A DNA stretch of 64,000 nt from Myxococcota bacterium (GTDB lineage Bacteria; Myxococcota_A; UBA9160; SZUA-336): the NCBI GenBank assembly GCA_965247115.1, contig CBDFGR010000002.1, positions 64,001 to 128,000 on the forward strand, given 5' to 3'. Made by a program: the position numbers and the translations under genes. The notes under the pieces are model-generated. The model ran no database searches. It saw nothing but the letters and a program-made list of their open reading frames with translations, and was not told the origin of the DNA. How positions within the stretch are numbered: position 1 is the first letter of the stretch; every line of letters begins with the position of its first letter. This document shows, one piece after another, positions 11,817 to 23,155 of the stretch.

Positions 11817-13886
11817 TCAGGGCGTCGCTTTGTTTGTTTCGTTCTTGAGAAACCGATCGTGCCAGCCGAGCGCGCGCTCCATGCCGTCGACCGCGTGGGC
11901 TGGCTCGCTCAGGCCGTGCCCTTCTCGGGGATAGCGGACGAAGACCGTCTCGACGCCGACTTGCTTGAGCGCGATGTACATTTGCTCGGCCTCCACGACG
12001 TTGACGTCTTGATCCTCCTCGCCGTGGATGAACATCGTCGGCGTCTTAACGCTCGCCACATGGGCGAGCGGTGACCGTTCCCACATGAACCGGGCGATGT
12101 CCTTTTCCCAGGGGTGGCCGCCGAACTCGACTTCGATGTAGTCCTGGGCCCAGATGGTGTATCCCAAGCTGATCAGGTTGCTGATGCTGGACTGGGGAAC
12201 TGCCGACTTGAACCGACCCGTTTGGGTGATGATCCAGTTCGTGAGCTGGCCGCCGTAGCTCCCGCCTTCAACGCCCATTCGATTCCGATCCAGATACGGT
12301 GTCTCGGCAAGGATGTGGTCGAGCCCCGCCAAGACATCCTTGGCCTCAGCGCCGTTCTGATCCCCGACGGTTCCGTCGGCGAACGCCTGTCCGTAGCCGC
12401 TGGTGCCGCGATAGTTGATCATCACCACCGCGTAGCCTTCCCCGGCATAGAGCTGGTTCCAATGTGCGAACCGTACCCTTGTTGGTGGTGGGGACCACCG
12501 TGGATGCGAAGGATGACCGGTTACTTTTGGCCAGGCTCGAATCCGCCAGGGGGCACGAGAAATCCCTGAGCCGGGGTGCCGTCAAAACTCTCGAAGTCGA
12601 ACGCTTCGGTGACCGAGACCGCCCTTTCGGCGAGGAGGTCAGCGTTCAGTCGCGTCACCTGGCGAGCTGGGCTGGCACTGTCCTGCACGTAGACTTCGGC
12701 TGGTGAGCTCAGGCTGGTAAACGCGAAAGCCGCCACTCCTGAGGCGGCAACGGAGAAATCGCCGACCAGACCTGGCTCATCCATCACCGCTACGGGGTCA
12801 CCCCCATCGGCGTTCACTCGGTAGAGCACCGTACTGCCTCGGTCTTCTGCGGTGAAATAGACGACAGGCGCATCGGGTGCCCAAGCGACGGCCATGGCGC
12901 GCCGATCGAGATTCAGAGCCAGCTCGCGAGCCGTCCCGCCCTCGGCCGGCATCACCCAGACGTGCGGGTCCTCGGCGCTCGACTCCCTGGTGGTCACAGA
13001 ACGAGTGCCGGCTCGAAAAGCGATCCTCCTGCCGTCGGGTGACCAGGTGGGTGTGTACTCGCTTCCCTTGGTATTCGTGAGCCGCCGGATGTGCCCGTCG
13101 GAGATCCTCACCGTGAAGAGGTCGTAGTTGTGAACGCGGTCGTAGTGCTCCTCACGGTTCGAGACGAACGCGATCTCAGCGCCGGACGGCGACCAGGCAA
13201 GGGAATGCTCGTAGTACGGTCCCTCGGTCAATTGCTTCACGTCTTTGCTAGCGAGCGTCACCATGTACACGTGCCAGCGCCGATTGTCGTTCATGCTCGC
13301 CCAGGATTTGTAGCTGTAGCGGGTGATGACCATCGGATCGCCCGGCGGTGCCTCGGGACCCGGATCGGCGGACAGGTAGGCCAAGGCCTTGCCATCGGGG
13401 GACCAGCTGAGTTGGCTCCCCACTCCTTGGTAGGCGAGCGTATCGTTCCCTGATTCGTACGTGGCCACAGTCTCTTTCGTGCCCGTGTCCAACCGGGCGA
13501 CGACGATGCCGGGCTTGAATCGTGCGCTTGGCCGCGCCTCCCGGTCCCGGTCCCGCCGCTCCACCACCCGTGAGGTACGCGATCGATCTCCCGTCGGGGG
13601 AAAAGCGGGGCGTGCGATCGTTCGCCCTTTCATCGCTGAGCCTACTCAACTTTCCTTCCGCTAGAGACAGCAGCCAGATCTGGGATCGCGACCGATTGGC
13701 CTCCCGATCAACAAACTGTTCGACGAATGCCACGGTGGAACCGTCGGGCGAAATGGTGACGTCCGACGCAGACCGGAGCCGAAAATGATCGTCGGGTCGA
13801 AACTTGCGCTCAGCCGCTGGCGTTTCCGTCATGGCCACCAAGGCCAAACTGCTGGCCAGCAAACCGAGTACGAACTTTCCTTTCAT
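11817..13886 (-). pseudogene. S9 family (acylaminoacyl/prolyl oligo) peptidase, secreted, disrupted
   Basis: Signal peptide, PD40 propeller repeats (SWSPDG), IHGGP, GGSYGG, HGEED, EGHG. Broken by a frameshift near 13530, an in-frame TAA at 12521-12523 (Tyr expected in KYPVIL) and a frameshift near 12472. Confidence 0.85.
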
Positions 13887-14017
13887 CGGTCTATTCCTCC
13901 CACCGTCCGGGCCCAGGGGAGTCCCATCGTTTCTCCCCCGCAGGGCTCCTTGCGATTGTATAGGATCGCCTCATGAGCCAGACCCACCGGTCATCCGCAT
14001 GACAGAATGAGATCAGC

Positions 14018-14857
14018 GTGAACTACGGATTCGTCCTTCCCTACGGCGACGCGCGTACCGTTGCGGACCTTGCGGCCGAGGCGGAGAACGCCGGCTGGGA
14101 CGGGTTCTTCGTCTGGGAGGCCGTCTGGGGAATCGACGCGTGGGTCGCCCTCGCCGCCGCCGCGATGCGCACCGAGCGGATCCGCCTGGGTACGCTGCTG
14201 ACAGCGATCTCTTGCGTGCGACCGTGGAAGCTCGCCAGCGAGAGCGCAACGCTCGACAACCTCTCGAACGGCCGCGTCATCCTCTCGGTGGGCCTCGGCG
14301 CTCCCGACACCGGCTTCGACAGCTTCGGCGAGGAGACCGACCGTAAGACACGCGCGGAGCTGCTCGACGAAGGCCTCGAGATCCTGACCGGGCTCTGGAA
14401 CGGCCAACCCTTCACGTACTCGGGCAAGCACTACCAGCTCAAGGAGACAAGCTTCTTCCCACCCGCCCCACCCATCCAGCAGCCCCGGATCCCGATCTGG
14501 GTGGTGGGCGCCTGGCCTCGCAGGAAGTCGATGCGCCGTGTGCTCCGCTACGACGGCCTCATCCCGAACGTGATGGATGCCGAGGGCAAGCACGAGCAGG
14601 TCACACCCGACCGCATGCGTGAGATGAAGGAGTACGTCCTGGGCAACCGCACCGAGACGACCCCCTTCGACTTCGTGACGGAAGGACGTACGCCGGGCGA
14701 CGACCCCGCGAAAGCGGCAGAGCTCGTTCGCCCCTGGGCCGACGCGGGCGCGACCTGGTGGATCGAGGAGATGTGGGCCGCCCCAGACGCGGTCGCCAGC
14801 CCCGAAACCGTGCGCAAACGGCTCTCGCAAGGACCGCCCCGCTTCGAAGTAGGCTGA
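14018..14857 (+). CDS. LLM class flavin-dependent oxidoreductase
   Basis: AENAGWDGFFVWE, TERIRLGT, LDNLSNGRVILSVGLG, PRIPIWV. Confidence 0.9.
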   Translation: MNYGFVLPYGDARTVADLAAEAENAGWDGFFVWEAVWGIDAWVALAAAAMRTERIRLGTLLTAISCVRPWKLASESATLDNLSNGRVILSVGLGAPDTGFDSFGEETDRKTRAELLDEGLEILTGLWNGQPFTYSGKHYQLKETSFFPPAPPIQQPRIPIWVVGAWPRRKSMRRVLRYDGLIPNVMDAEGKHEQVTPDRMREMKEYVLGNRTETTPFDFVTEGRTPGDDPAKAAELVRPWADAGATWWIEEMWAAPDAVASPETVRKRLSQGPPRFEVG

Positions 14858-14904
14858 GCGCACCCACGGCCTTCGATCCAGTACCTGACCCGCCCGGTCG
14901 ACGG

Positions 14905-15684
14905 CTAGGCGAGGTGCTTGGTGATGAAGTCGCCGACGATCTGGTTGAAGGTGGAGGGGTCTTCGAAGTAAGAGGAGTGACCGACGCCCGCAAAGTCGTA
15001 GATGCTGGCGCCCGGAATGCGCGCGGCGACCTCATGAAGGTCCTTCTGCGCAAAGATCGCGTCGTGCTCGCCCGCCAGGAGCAGGGTCGGAACGGCGAAG
15101 TCCGCGAGCTGCTCGTCGGAGACCACGAGGTCGAATAGACGGCGGATCTCCTCGGGGCCCAGGCCGGCGTTGAAGGCGGAGAGCTGGGAATAGAGGAACT
15201 CGCGCTCGGGTTCTCGCTCGCCAAAGTCGGGCGCCATGGCGAGCCGGGCGATCCCCGCCGTGCCCGGCCCCTGGGCGCTCGAGAGACGCTTCTGCAGTTC
15301 CTCGAGCGCCGGGGTCATGATTCCCCCGGGCGTGCCGCACAGAACCAGGCAGGCGACTCGGTCCGGAGCTCTCACGGCCGTCTGCATGCCGGTCCAGCCA
15401 CCCATCGACTGACACACGAGGGCGGCGCGCTTGATCGAGCTCGCGTCCAACATCGCCAGCAGGTCGTCCGCGAAGGCGCTGGGTTGGAAGTCCGCCGGGG
15501 CGCACGGTGAGCGCCCGAAGCCGCGGTGGTCCAGGGTGAGCACGGTGTGGTCCGGGGCGAAGTGCGGAACCTGCTGGTACCAGCTGGCTGCGTTGCCGCC
15601 CGCCCCGTGCGCAAACACAACCGCAGGTCCCTTACCGTGAACTTCGTAGTAGAGCGACAATCCGTCGCGATTCAAGACAGCCAT
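14905..15684 (-). CDS. Alpha/beta fold hydrolase
   Basis: HGAGG, DHRGFGRS, QSMGG, GEHD, GHSSYFE. Confidence 0.9.
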   Translation of the reverse strand: MAVLNRDGLSLYYEVHGKGPAVVFAHGAGGNAASWYQQVPHFAPDHTVLTLDHRGFGRSPCAPADFQPSAFADDLLAMLDASSIKRAALVCQSMGGWTGMQTAVRAPDRVACLVLCGTPGGIMTPALEELQKRLSSAQGPGTAGIARLAMAPDFGEREPEREFLYSQLSAFNAGLGPEEIRRLFDLVVSDEQLADFAVPTLLLAGEHDAIFAQKDLHEVAARIPGASIYDFAGVGHSSYFEDPSTFNQIVGDFITKHLA

Positions 15685-15704
15685 AGGCTACTCATACCGA
15701 CATA

Positions 15705-16691
15705 CTAGAGTGGACTGCTTTTCCCTTCACGAAGCAAGTTCTCTTTAGCTCTGCCTTTGACCCAACCCAAACTGCCACTGCATCGATAACCGATGAGTTG
15801 TTGCGCCTTCTCTGACAGCTTTTCCGCTGCTTCCGGTGGAACAGTTAGATACTGATTCTCTTCTTGTCTAACCCAGTCAACGACGTAGGAACTGAAGAAA
15901 GCAGTTCTACCCTCTGGACTGGTGCTTGCGCCTGCTCCATGCAACGCCCTCGAGAGCCAGACTACAGCCGAGCCCTTGGGCATTACGGCTTGCGCAATCT
16001 CATCTTCCTTCGCAATCCGATCCTCGGACCACTTATGGCTTCCAGGTACCAACCGCGTGGCGCCATTCTCGAGAGTAAAGTCCGTACCCGCCCAATTCAC
16101 GGATACGATGAACTCTCGCATCTCGGGAATATATTCGATGTACGGCTGGTATATGGCATTCTCTCTGTGGAGGATTTGGTTCTCTCCACCGCGGTGAACT
16201 TCCAGCATGACCGAGGCGCCCAAATTATAGTGATGACAGTTTGGACCGTTTTCTGGGTCTGCGCCTTTCGATATCGCCTGCTTGCTTCCAGCATCGTTTT
16301 CGGACACTTGTGCGAAGCCGCTGTCATAAGGACCCGCTGTCGTTTTACCTCGGCGACGAGGAATCCGCTTCGAATTGGGTGACATAGGTCTTGCTGGCAA
16401 CAGCATCGCGTCAGCTATTTCAAGTACTTTGGGGTGGAGCAGCAGGCTCTCTGTATACGCTGGGCTTAGAGCTGCAAGACCTCCAACGGTTTTGTTTCCC
16501 TCGGGCCAGATAACAGAGTCGGAGGTTTCCATTTCGGCCTCCGATGTTCTTTCACGTATTTCTGCGTACACCCGATCCATCAGATCTGCCGGAGCCAGGT
16601 TTCGCACAACGACTCCACCGTCCTTCTTCAGGGCAGATACAATTTCCGTTGTTGCTGCATCTGGCTCAAACGTGGAAAGGTAAGCGCTCAT
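15705..16691 (-). CDS. Phytanoyl-CoA dioxygenase (PhyH) family Fe/2OG protein
   Basis: QILHRE, DFTLENGATRLVPGSH, LHGAG, WVRQEENQYL; visibly more AT-rich than its neighbours. Confidence 0.85.
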   Translation of the reverse strand: MSAYLSTFEPDAATTEIVSALKKDGGVVVRNLAPADLMDRVYAEIRERTSEAEMETSDSVIWPEGNKTVGGLAALSPAYTESLLLHPKVLEIADAMLLPARPMSPNSKRIPRRRGKTTAGPYDSGFAQVSENDAGSKQAISKGADPENGPNCHHYNLGASVMLEVHRGGENQILHRENAIYQPYIEYIPEMREFIVSVNWAGTDFTLENGATRLVPGSHKWSEDRIAKEDEIAQAVMPKGSAVVWLSRALHGAGASTSPEGRTAFFSSYVVDWVRQEENQYLTVPPEAAEKLSEKAQQLIGYRCSGSLGWVKGRAKENLLREGKSSPL

Positions 16692-16777
16692 GTCGATTTC
16701 CCTTTCGCAATACCAAAGCTGGCCTCGGGGAGTCCCATCAGGCCCATTATACTCAACCTTGATATCTGGGAGGCAAA

Positions 16778-17418
16778 ATGACGGTCGATCTGGCCAATAG
16801 CGACAAGCTACTCACAACTACTCGAGGCGTCCGCAAACGCTTCGATTTGACCGGCCCGTCGAGCGGTCCCTGATAGAGGGGGCAGTCGAAGTGGCCCTTC
16901 AGGCACCGACTTTCTTCGCGGTGCAGTTTATCGTGGTAACGGACCCGGATCGTCGCAAAGAGATGGGTGATCTCTACTGTGAAGCGCACTTGCCCTACAT
17001 GGACACAGCCCAGAAGGAACTGACAGCAGGGATGAACGCCGAAGAAGCGGCTCAACTCGGCCGACACTGGGACATGATCCGCTGGGCCACGGAGAAAATG
17101 TACCGGGTGCCAGTCCATGTTCACGTGGCGGGACGGGGGGTCGATGGTTATCCGGGGCTCCAGCAGGCGAGCTTCTACGGTTGCGTCCTGCCACCGGCCT
17201 GGTCGTTCATGCTGGCGCTCAGAGCCAGGGGGATCGGCTCCAGTTGGACCACCGTTCATCTGCAAGACGTGTACAAGGAGCGAATCCAGGAGCTGTTCGG
17301 ACTTCCGAGCGACTACTCGCTGGGTGTGTTCCTGCCCTGTGGATACTACACGGGCGAGGATTTCAAACCCGCGAAGCGGCCCTCCGCCGCTAGCTCGCTT
17401 CACTGGGACAAGTGGTAG
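16778..17418 (+). pseudogene. Nitroreductase family protein with -1 frameshift (possibly a sequencing error)
   Basis: GGGAGG RBS, then MTVDLANSDKLLTTTRGVRKRFDLT. Adding one C near 16851 continues RPVERSLIEGAVEVALQAPT..LALRARGIGSSWTTVH. Confidence 0.85.
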
Positions 17419-17435
17419 GCCCGCTGTTGCCTTGA

Positions 17436-18284
17436 TCAGACGTCGAAGCGATAGGTGCTTCCGTCGCGCACGATCTTGCCGCCCACCGGGTTCGCGAAGT
17501 GCGTCCCCAAGACCAGCACCGGCTTGTCGGCGTAGCGCTCGAGGAACAGCTTGCGCGTCTCGCGCGCGGTGTTGCTGTCGGCATCGAAGGGAGTCACCCA
17601 GTCCGGGCGCGCGATTTGACAGGGGTGGTGCATCATGTCGCCCGTGATCACGGCCTCTTCGCCGTTCGAGGAGATGCGAACGCTGACGTGCCCAGGAGTG
17701 TGACCGGGCGTCGACTCGAACCAAATGCCGTCGCTCACCCGGTGGTCGTTCTTGACGAGGTCCATCTGGCCGGCGTCCATCACCGGTTTGACGGATTCGC
17801 CAAAGACGTCGCCAAAGGGATCCTCTTCGAGGTCGCGCCAGAAGGAGAACTCCTCCTCGACGGCCAGATAGCGGGCGTTGGGGAACGTCGGCACCCACTT
17901 GCCGTTCTTCTTGGTGGTGTTCCACCCGACGTGGTCGACGTGAAGGTGGGTAAGGATCACGGTGTCGATCGAATCCGGGTCGTGCCCCATCTGTTTGAGA
18001 TCTTCTATAAAGGGCAGCTGGAGGTTGGCCCAGGCCTCCATGTTGATGCTCTTGTCGTTCCCGATGCAGGTATCGACCACCATCTTCTGGTTCGGCGTCT
18101 CGATCACCAGCATCTGGATATTGAGGATCAGATTGTCCTCGGGCGACACAAAGTGGGGTTTCAGCCAGGGGATTTCGGCCAGATTGCTCGGCGTGGCATC
18201 GGGGAGCACTTCGAGCTCGCCGCCCGCCGCAGTGATTTCGATCAGTTGGCTAATCCTGGTATCGCCGATCTTCCATTGAAGCAT
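17436..18284 (-). CDS. MBL fold metallo-hydrolase
   Basis: THLHVDHVGWN, TPGHTPGH, GDMMH. Confidence 0.9.
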   Translation of the reverse strand: MLQWKIGDTRISQLIEITAAGGELEVLPDATPSNLAEIPWLKPHFVSPEDNLILNIQMLVIETPNQKMVVDTCIGNDKSINMEAWANLQLPFIEDLKQMGHDPDSIDTVILTHLHVDHVGWNTTKKNGKWVPTFPNARYLAVEEEFSFWRDLEEDPFGDVFGESVKPVMDAGQMDLVKNDHRVSDGIWFESTPGHTPGHVSVRISSNGEEAVITGDMMHHPCQIARPDWVTPFDADSNTARETRKLFLERYADKPVLVLGTHFANPVGGKIVRDGSTYRFDV

Positions 18285-18318
18285 TCAGTGATTCTCCCTT
18301 CGCGGTCATTCTACCCCA

Positions 18319-19377
18319 CTACGTTCTGAGGAGCGCGAAGCACTTCTGTGAATTGAAGATCCAGGTCTCCAGGTAGTCGACGATCTCGGGCGTGCGCTCC
18401 GGGACGACTCCCGCCATGCAGATCCAGTTCCGGAACTCCTGATCGCCCGCAGCGTAGATCGAGTCGTTGCTGAGCTCGGCCCAGCTGCGTTGGTTGCCGC
18501 TCTCGAGCTCCTCGAAGCGAGCTCGATCGTACTCGCGATCGGGGTAGAGCCACCAGTGCTTCTCGGTCAGGAACGCGTGCGACCAGCCTGAGGACGCCAG
18601 TACGACGACGCGCTCGCTGCGCGCGTCCAGAACCTCGCGCAGCTTCTGGCCCAGTGCGAAACAGCTGCGAGGTGTCGGGCCGGAGGGAGCCGGGAAGTCG
18701 ACGTAGGGGTCCTTCTCGCGCTCGGGCCGCGAGTCAAAGACATGTGCCATCGCTCCCCGACTCGAAATTACCGAACGGCCATAGGAATTGACCGAGATCG
18801 GAATGATCGGGTGCTTCCAGCCTTTCCGATTCCAGTCCAGGTAGACCAGCGCGTTTGCAAACGCGTGACCCAGCCCGCGCTCGTGGTGGAGGTTCTTGTA
18901 GGAGTACGCAATGGGATGGTCCGCCTCCATCAGGTCGTCGACAATCTCCCTGGCCAGCCTGCCTGCACCAGGGAAGACGAGCTCCGTGTCCGCATCTGCC
19001 CTCCAGATGTTCTCGGGGCTCACGAAGGGCCGGGTCGCGAAGCTGTCCATGCAGAAGACATTGAACGGCGGGATGATGTCTTCCTTGAAGTTCTCGTACT
19101 GATCATCCCCCAAGATGATGACCGCATCGGGTGCAAACTCGTCGATCGCATGGCGGACTCGAGCGAACGCACTGCGGAGGCGGTCCTGGTGCTCTTGAGC
19201 GCGTTCCACCTCGTGGTTCCAGTCGTCCTGCATCTCCTGCGGCCAGCTCGATGGTTGCTTCTCTTTCTCCGGAATTCTCGGACTGCGTAAGATGCCGCGA
19301 AGAACGTTTGCGTAGGTCTCGGGCTTTCCCATGAGAGGCGGGTAGTGCGTGCAGCCGGCACCGAGGATCTCTCCCAT
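18319..19377 (-). CDS. Extradiol ring-cleavage dioxygenase, class III (LigB-like)
   Basis: THYP, GDDQYENF, GHAF and SSGWSH metal-ligand pattern. Confidence 0.75.
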   Translation of the reverse strand: MGEILGAGCTHYPPLMGKPETYANVLRGILRSPRIPEKEKQPSSWPQEMQDDWNHEVERAQEHQDRLRSAFARVRHAIDEFAPDAVIILGDDQYENFKEDIIPPFNVFCMDSFATRPFVSPENIWRADADTELVFPGAGRLAREIVDDLMEADHPIAYSYKNLHHERGLGHAFANALVYLDWNRKGWKHPIIPISVNSYGRSVISSRGAMAHVFDSRPEREKDPYVDFPAPSGPTPRSCFALGQKLREVLDARSERVVVLASSGWSHAFLTEKHWWLYPDREYDRARFEELESGNQRSWAELSNDSIYAAGDQEFRNWICMAGVVPERTPEIVDYLETWIFNSQKCFALLRT

Positions 19378-19530
19378 CGTCAATTCCTTTCTCAGGCGAA
19401 CGGTCCCAGGCCTCTCGAGTCTACTCCCCGCTGGAGCCTGGAGGCTACTCGGGATTCTAGGGATCGTTGAAACGAAGGTCTCGTCGGAGTCTCTTTACAT
19501 CCGGCGGGGTTTCTCGTATGACCCGGGACG

Positions 19531-21990
19531 ATGAGTGATGTTCTGAAGCCCTATCGGGTGCTGGATCTGAGCGATGAGCGCGGTCAGCTGTGCGGCCAGA
19601 TCCTGGGCGACCTGGGTGCCGATGTGATCCAGGTTGAGCCACCGGGGGGCTCTCCCACGCGTCAGCGTGGACCCTTCGCGGGTGACTCCGGTGACCCGAA
19701 CGACTCATTGAGCTGGTGGGCCCTCAACCGCAACAAGCGGAGCCTGACACTCGACCTGACAGCCGAGCGAGACCGCGCGACGCTGCGCGCGCTGGCCCGC
19801 AGTGCCGACTTCTTGATCGAGTCCGAGGCTCCCGGTGTGATGGACGAGCTGGATTTGGGCTATGACGCGCTCTCGGAGCTGAACCCTGCGCTGATCTACG
19901 CTTCGATCACACCCTTTGGAGTCGAAGGGCCGAAGCGAGACTACGCAGCCACGGACCTGACCACCGTCGCTGCGAGCGGATGGATGATCGTCAACGGCGA
20001 CGCGGACCGCCCGCCGCTGCGACTCGGGGCGGTACCGCAGGGATTTCTGCACGCATCGGTGGATGCAGCCAGCGGCATGCTCGCTGCACACTACGAGCGT
20101 CAGCGCTCGGGTCGCGGGCAGCGGGTGTCGGTATCTGCGCAGATCTCGGCGGCCCAGGCCTCACAGTTCGTCGTGCTCTCCGCAGCCTGGAACGCCGCGG
20201 CACTCAGTCGTACTGCCGGAGGTATTCGCGCCGGCAACTCTGTGATCCGGTTCATCTATGCGGCCAAGGACGGTCACGTCTCGCTGACGTTCGCCTCCGG
20301 CTCCGCCCTGGGTGTCTTTAGCCGGAGATTCATGAACTTCGCCTGCGAAGAGGGCTTCTGTGACGAGGCAACGCGCGACATCGACTGGCTCCGCTACCAC
20401 GAGATGATCGCGAGCGGCGAGCTCTCGCTGGAGGAGTACGAGCGCATCGAACGCATCCTGGAGACGTTTATCGCGAGCAAGACCAAGGACGACTGGATGC
20501 GCATCGCCCTCGAGCGCGATCTGCTGATCGTCCCGGTGGCAAACGTCCGCGACCTGGTCGAGAACCCGCACTTTCGATCGCGGGGCTATCTGGCCGAGAT
20601 CGAGCACGCGAGTCTCGGGCGGAAGGTGCGCTACCCGGGCGCCTTCGCGAGGATGAGCGACTCACCGATTCGGTACCGCCGGAGAGCCCCAGACGTCGGA
20701 GAGCACAGTGCCGAAATTCTGGAGGAGCTTGCGCGTCGCCCCGCTCCCGAGACGTCGCGAGTACCCGTTGAGCCGGCTTCGGGAGGGCCGCTCTCGGGTC
20801 TCAAGATCCTGGACTTCATGTGGGTCATGGCAGGTCCGATCGGCACGCGCGCGCTGACCGACCTGGGCGCGACCGTTGTGCGGATCGAGTCGCCGACGCG
20901 CATCGACGCCGCGCGCACCCTCGGTCCGTTCAAGGATGGCTCGTACGACCCGGATGCGGCGGGACTGTTCGCGAACTGCAATGCTGGCAAGCTGGGCCTG
21001 GCCGTCGATCTGACCAATCCGGCCTCTCGCGAGGTCGTACACGACCTGGTGCGCTGGGCGGATGTGGTGACCGAGTCGTTCTCGCCGAAGGCAATGCGCA
21101 ACTTTGGCTTCGCCTACGACGATCTGGTGAAAGTCAATCCCGACCTGATCATGCTGAGCAGCTGCCTGATGGGACAGATCGGCCCCCAGGCAAAGCTCGT
21201 GGGATTCGGCACGATGGGTTCCGCGACTGCTGGCTTTCAGGAAATCACCGGTTGGCCAGACCGACCGCCCGCGGGCCTGTTCGGCGCGTACACTGACTAC
21301 GTGACCTGCCGCTTCACGGCGATCGCGGTCCTGGCCGCGCTGGAGCACCGTCGCCAGACCGGGCGGGGTCAGTACGTCGATCAGTCGCAGGTCGAATCGA
21401 CAACGCACTTTCTAGGTCCGGTCGTGCTGGACTACGACGTCAATGGACGAATCGCGGGGCGGATCGGAAACGCGGACCCGCACATGTCGCCCCACGGAGT
21501 CTATCCCGCGGCGGGCGAAGGGGAGTGGGTCGCCGTGGCTTGCCGCAACGATGCGGATTGGAACGAGCTGTGCCGCGCTCTGGATCGTTCGGAGCTACAG
21601 ACGGACGAGCGGTTCGCGGAGCTATCCGGGCGCCTGGCGCATGCCGAAGAGCTCGACCATACGCTTGCCGAGTGGACGGCGACGCGGAAGGCCACGGACA
21701 TCGAGCGGGAGCTGCAGGCGCGCGGCGTCCCGGCACACGTCGTTCTCGACAGCGCGGGGTTCTGCTCCGACCCCCAGCTCGAACATCTCGGTCATCTAGT
21801 CGAGGTCGAACACCCGACCAAGGGCCCGATGATTCTGGAGGGGCCGCGCTTTCAGCTCTCGCGTACGCCCGCCAAGGTGTACGCAGCCGCGCCAACGCTT
21901 GGACAGCACAACCACATGATTCTCCAGAACCTCCTCGGCTACGACGAAGACCGCATCGCCGAGCTCGTGATCGCGGGCGTCCTGGGTTGA
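19531..21990 (+). CDS. Family III CoA transferase (CaiB/BaiF), tandem two-domain
   Basis: Two repeats of the L.DLGA.V..VE.P / N..K....DL motifs. Confidence 0.9.
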   Translation: MSDVLKPYRVLDLSDERGQLCGQILGDLGADVIQVEPPGGSPTRQRGPFAGDSGDPNDSLSWWALNRNKRSLTLDLTAERDRATLRALARSADFLIESEAPGVMDELDLGYDALSELNPALIYASITPFGVEGPKRDYAATDLTTVAASGWMIVNGDADRPPLRLGAVPQGFLHASVDAASGMLAAHYERQRSGRGQRVSVSAQISAAQASQFVVLSAAWNAAALSRTAGGIRAGNSVIRFIYAAKDGHVSLTFASGSALGVFSRRFMNFACEEGFCDEATRDIDWLRYHEMIASGELSLEEYERIERILETFIASKTKDDWMRIALERDLLIVPVANVRDLVENPHFRSRGYLAEIEHASLGRKVRYPGAFARMSDSPIRYRRRAPDVGEHSAEILEELARRPAPETSRVPVEPASGGPLSGLKILDFMWVMAGPIGTRALTDLGATVVRIESPTRIDAARTLGPFKDGSYDPDAAGLFANCNAGKLGLAVDLTNPASREVVHDLVRWADVVTESFSPKAMRNFGFAYDDLVKVNPDLIMLSSCLMGQIGPQAKLVGFGTMGSATAGFQEITGWPDRPPAGLFGAYTDYVTCRFTAIAVLAALEHRRQTGRGQYVDQSQVESTTHFLGPVVLDYDVNGRIAGRIGNADPHMSPHGVYPAAGEGEWVAVACRNDADWNELCRALDRSELQTDERFAELSGRLAHAEELDHTLAEWTATRKATDIERELQARGVPAHVVLDSAGFCSDPQLEHLGHLVEVEHPTKGPMILEGPRFQLSRTPAKVYAAAPTLGQHNHMILQNLLGYDEDRIAELVIAGVLG

Positions 21991-22027
21991 GAAGCAATCG
22001 GGCCCAGAACCCCGACGCCTCTCCTCA

Positions 22028-23155
22028 CTAGCCGGGCTCTACCACCGGAACGGATCCACCCCTACTGCAAATCTCTGGGTTCGCAGTCCCACGGAGCCCC
22101 GGGGCGAGCCCGCGCTCTTGCCGGGGAGAGTCCTGAGAAGATTCGCCGTTTCGCCTGCGAAAGCGTTCCATGTGAGCAGACCCGAAGTCCCGCTCCGTAG
22201 CATGGAAGTTGTGTTCACGACAGCGCAGCTCGATCCCCTCGATCGAGTGACACCGGGACCTCGCCCATGGCTCGCCGTGATGAAATTCCAAAAGGTCGGC
22301 CGATTCGCAGCGACGTCCGTTCTCGCTCACGAAAGCACACCGCCCGCCGTCTCGCGCGACGACCGCCCTCTTGATCTCCGCCGGAATGTGCCGCGATGCA
22401 CCTCTCTTTCCAACCTTCCTCTTGGACGAACGCCGAGGCCGGGAAGTCTCCGCAAACTTCTTTCGTCTCGCCTCCTGTCGCAGCAAGGTGAGCGCCCGAT
22501 CAAAGATCTCCGCCAGCTCGCCATCCGGGATCTGATGCTTGAGCAGGGCTTGGACCTCGCTCAGTTTCTCGTAGAGTGCTTCGCTCGCAGTGAACTGGAT
22601 CTTGAACCGCTTCTCGCCCAGTGGCTCAGGCGCATGGTTCTGGGAGCGAGGGTTGGGAAGCCGCAACGTTGGAGTTTCGCCAGGGGGAGGAGACCCACCT
22701 CGTGCTGCCGTGGCGTCATGGAGCTTCCGCACTGCCGACCTGACGTCGGGCTTGGGCGAAAGATCGGCCAGGAACCGCTCGATCTCGCGCTTGGTCCTGT
22801 GTCGCGATCGGCCGAGCAGCTGTACGTGGTTCTCCAGGGTGAGATGTGGCGCCAGCAGCGTAATCGCGGCCAGGTGGATCTCGCCTTGGCGGACCCGCTC
22901 CAAGAGGACCGGGTACGTCCGACCCAAGCGGGCCGCCCGGATCCGTTGGAAGGCCGACGCTTCGGAGAGGCTAAGCATCTCCACGCAATACTGGAACATC
23001 GAAGGGAAGCCCTCGTCGGCGAAGAGGCGACGTGCGTCGACCTCTCCGATGTGAGCTAGAAGATCTGCCTCGACGTCTCGGTCTCTAGAGACGAGCTGGG
23101 CGAGCGCTTGAAGTAGCTCAGAGTTCGTAAGGGTCTGGAGCGATGCTGGAGTCAT
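22028..23155 (-). CDS. DUF222-like/HNH endonuclease domain protein
   Basis: N-terminal LLAHIGEVDARRLF..GFPSMFQYC; C-terminal SRHIPAEIKRAVVARDGGRC..LEFHH..LRCREHN. The start at ATG 23155 is inferred. Confidence 0.85.
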   Translation of the reverse strand: MTPASLQTLTNSELLQALAQLVSRDRDVEADLLAHIGEVDARRLFADEGFPSMFQYCVEMLSLSEASAFQRIRAARLGRTYPVLLERVRQGEIHLAAITLLAPHLTLENHVQLLGRSRHRTKREIERFLADLSPKPDVRSAVRKLHDATAARGGSPPPGETPTLRLPNPRSQNHAPEPLGEKRFKIQFTASEALYEKLSEVQALLKHQIPDGELAEIFDRALTLLRQEARRKKFAETSRPRRSSKRKVGKRGASRHIPAEIKRAVVARDGGRCAFVSENGRRCESADLLEFHHGEPWARSRCHSIEGIELRCREHNFHATERDFGSAHMERFRRRNGESSQDSPRQERGLAPGLRGTANPEICSRGGSVPVVEPG

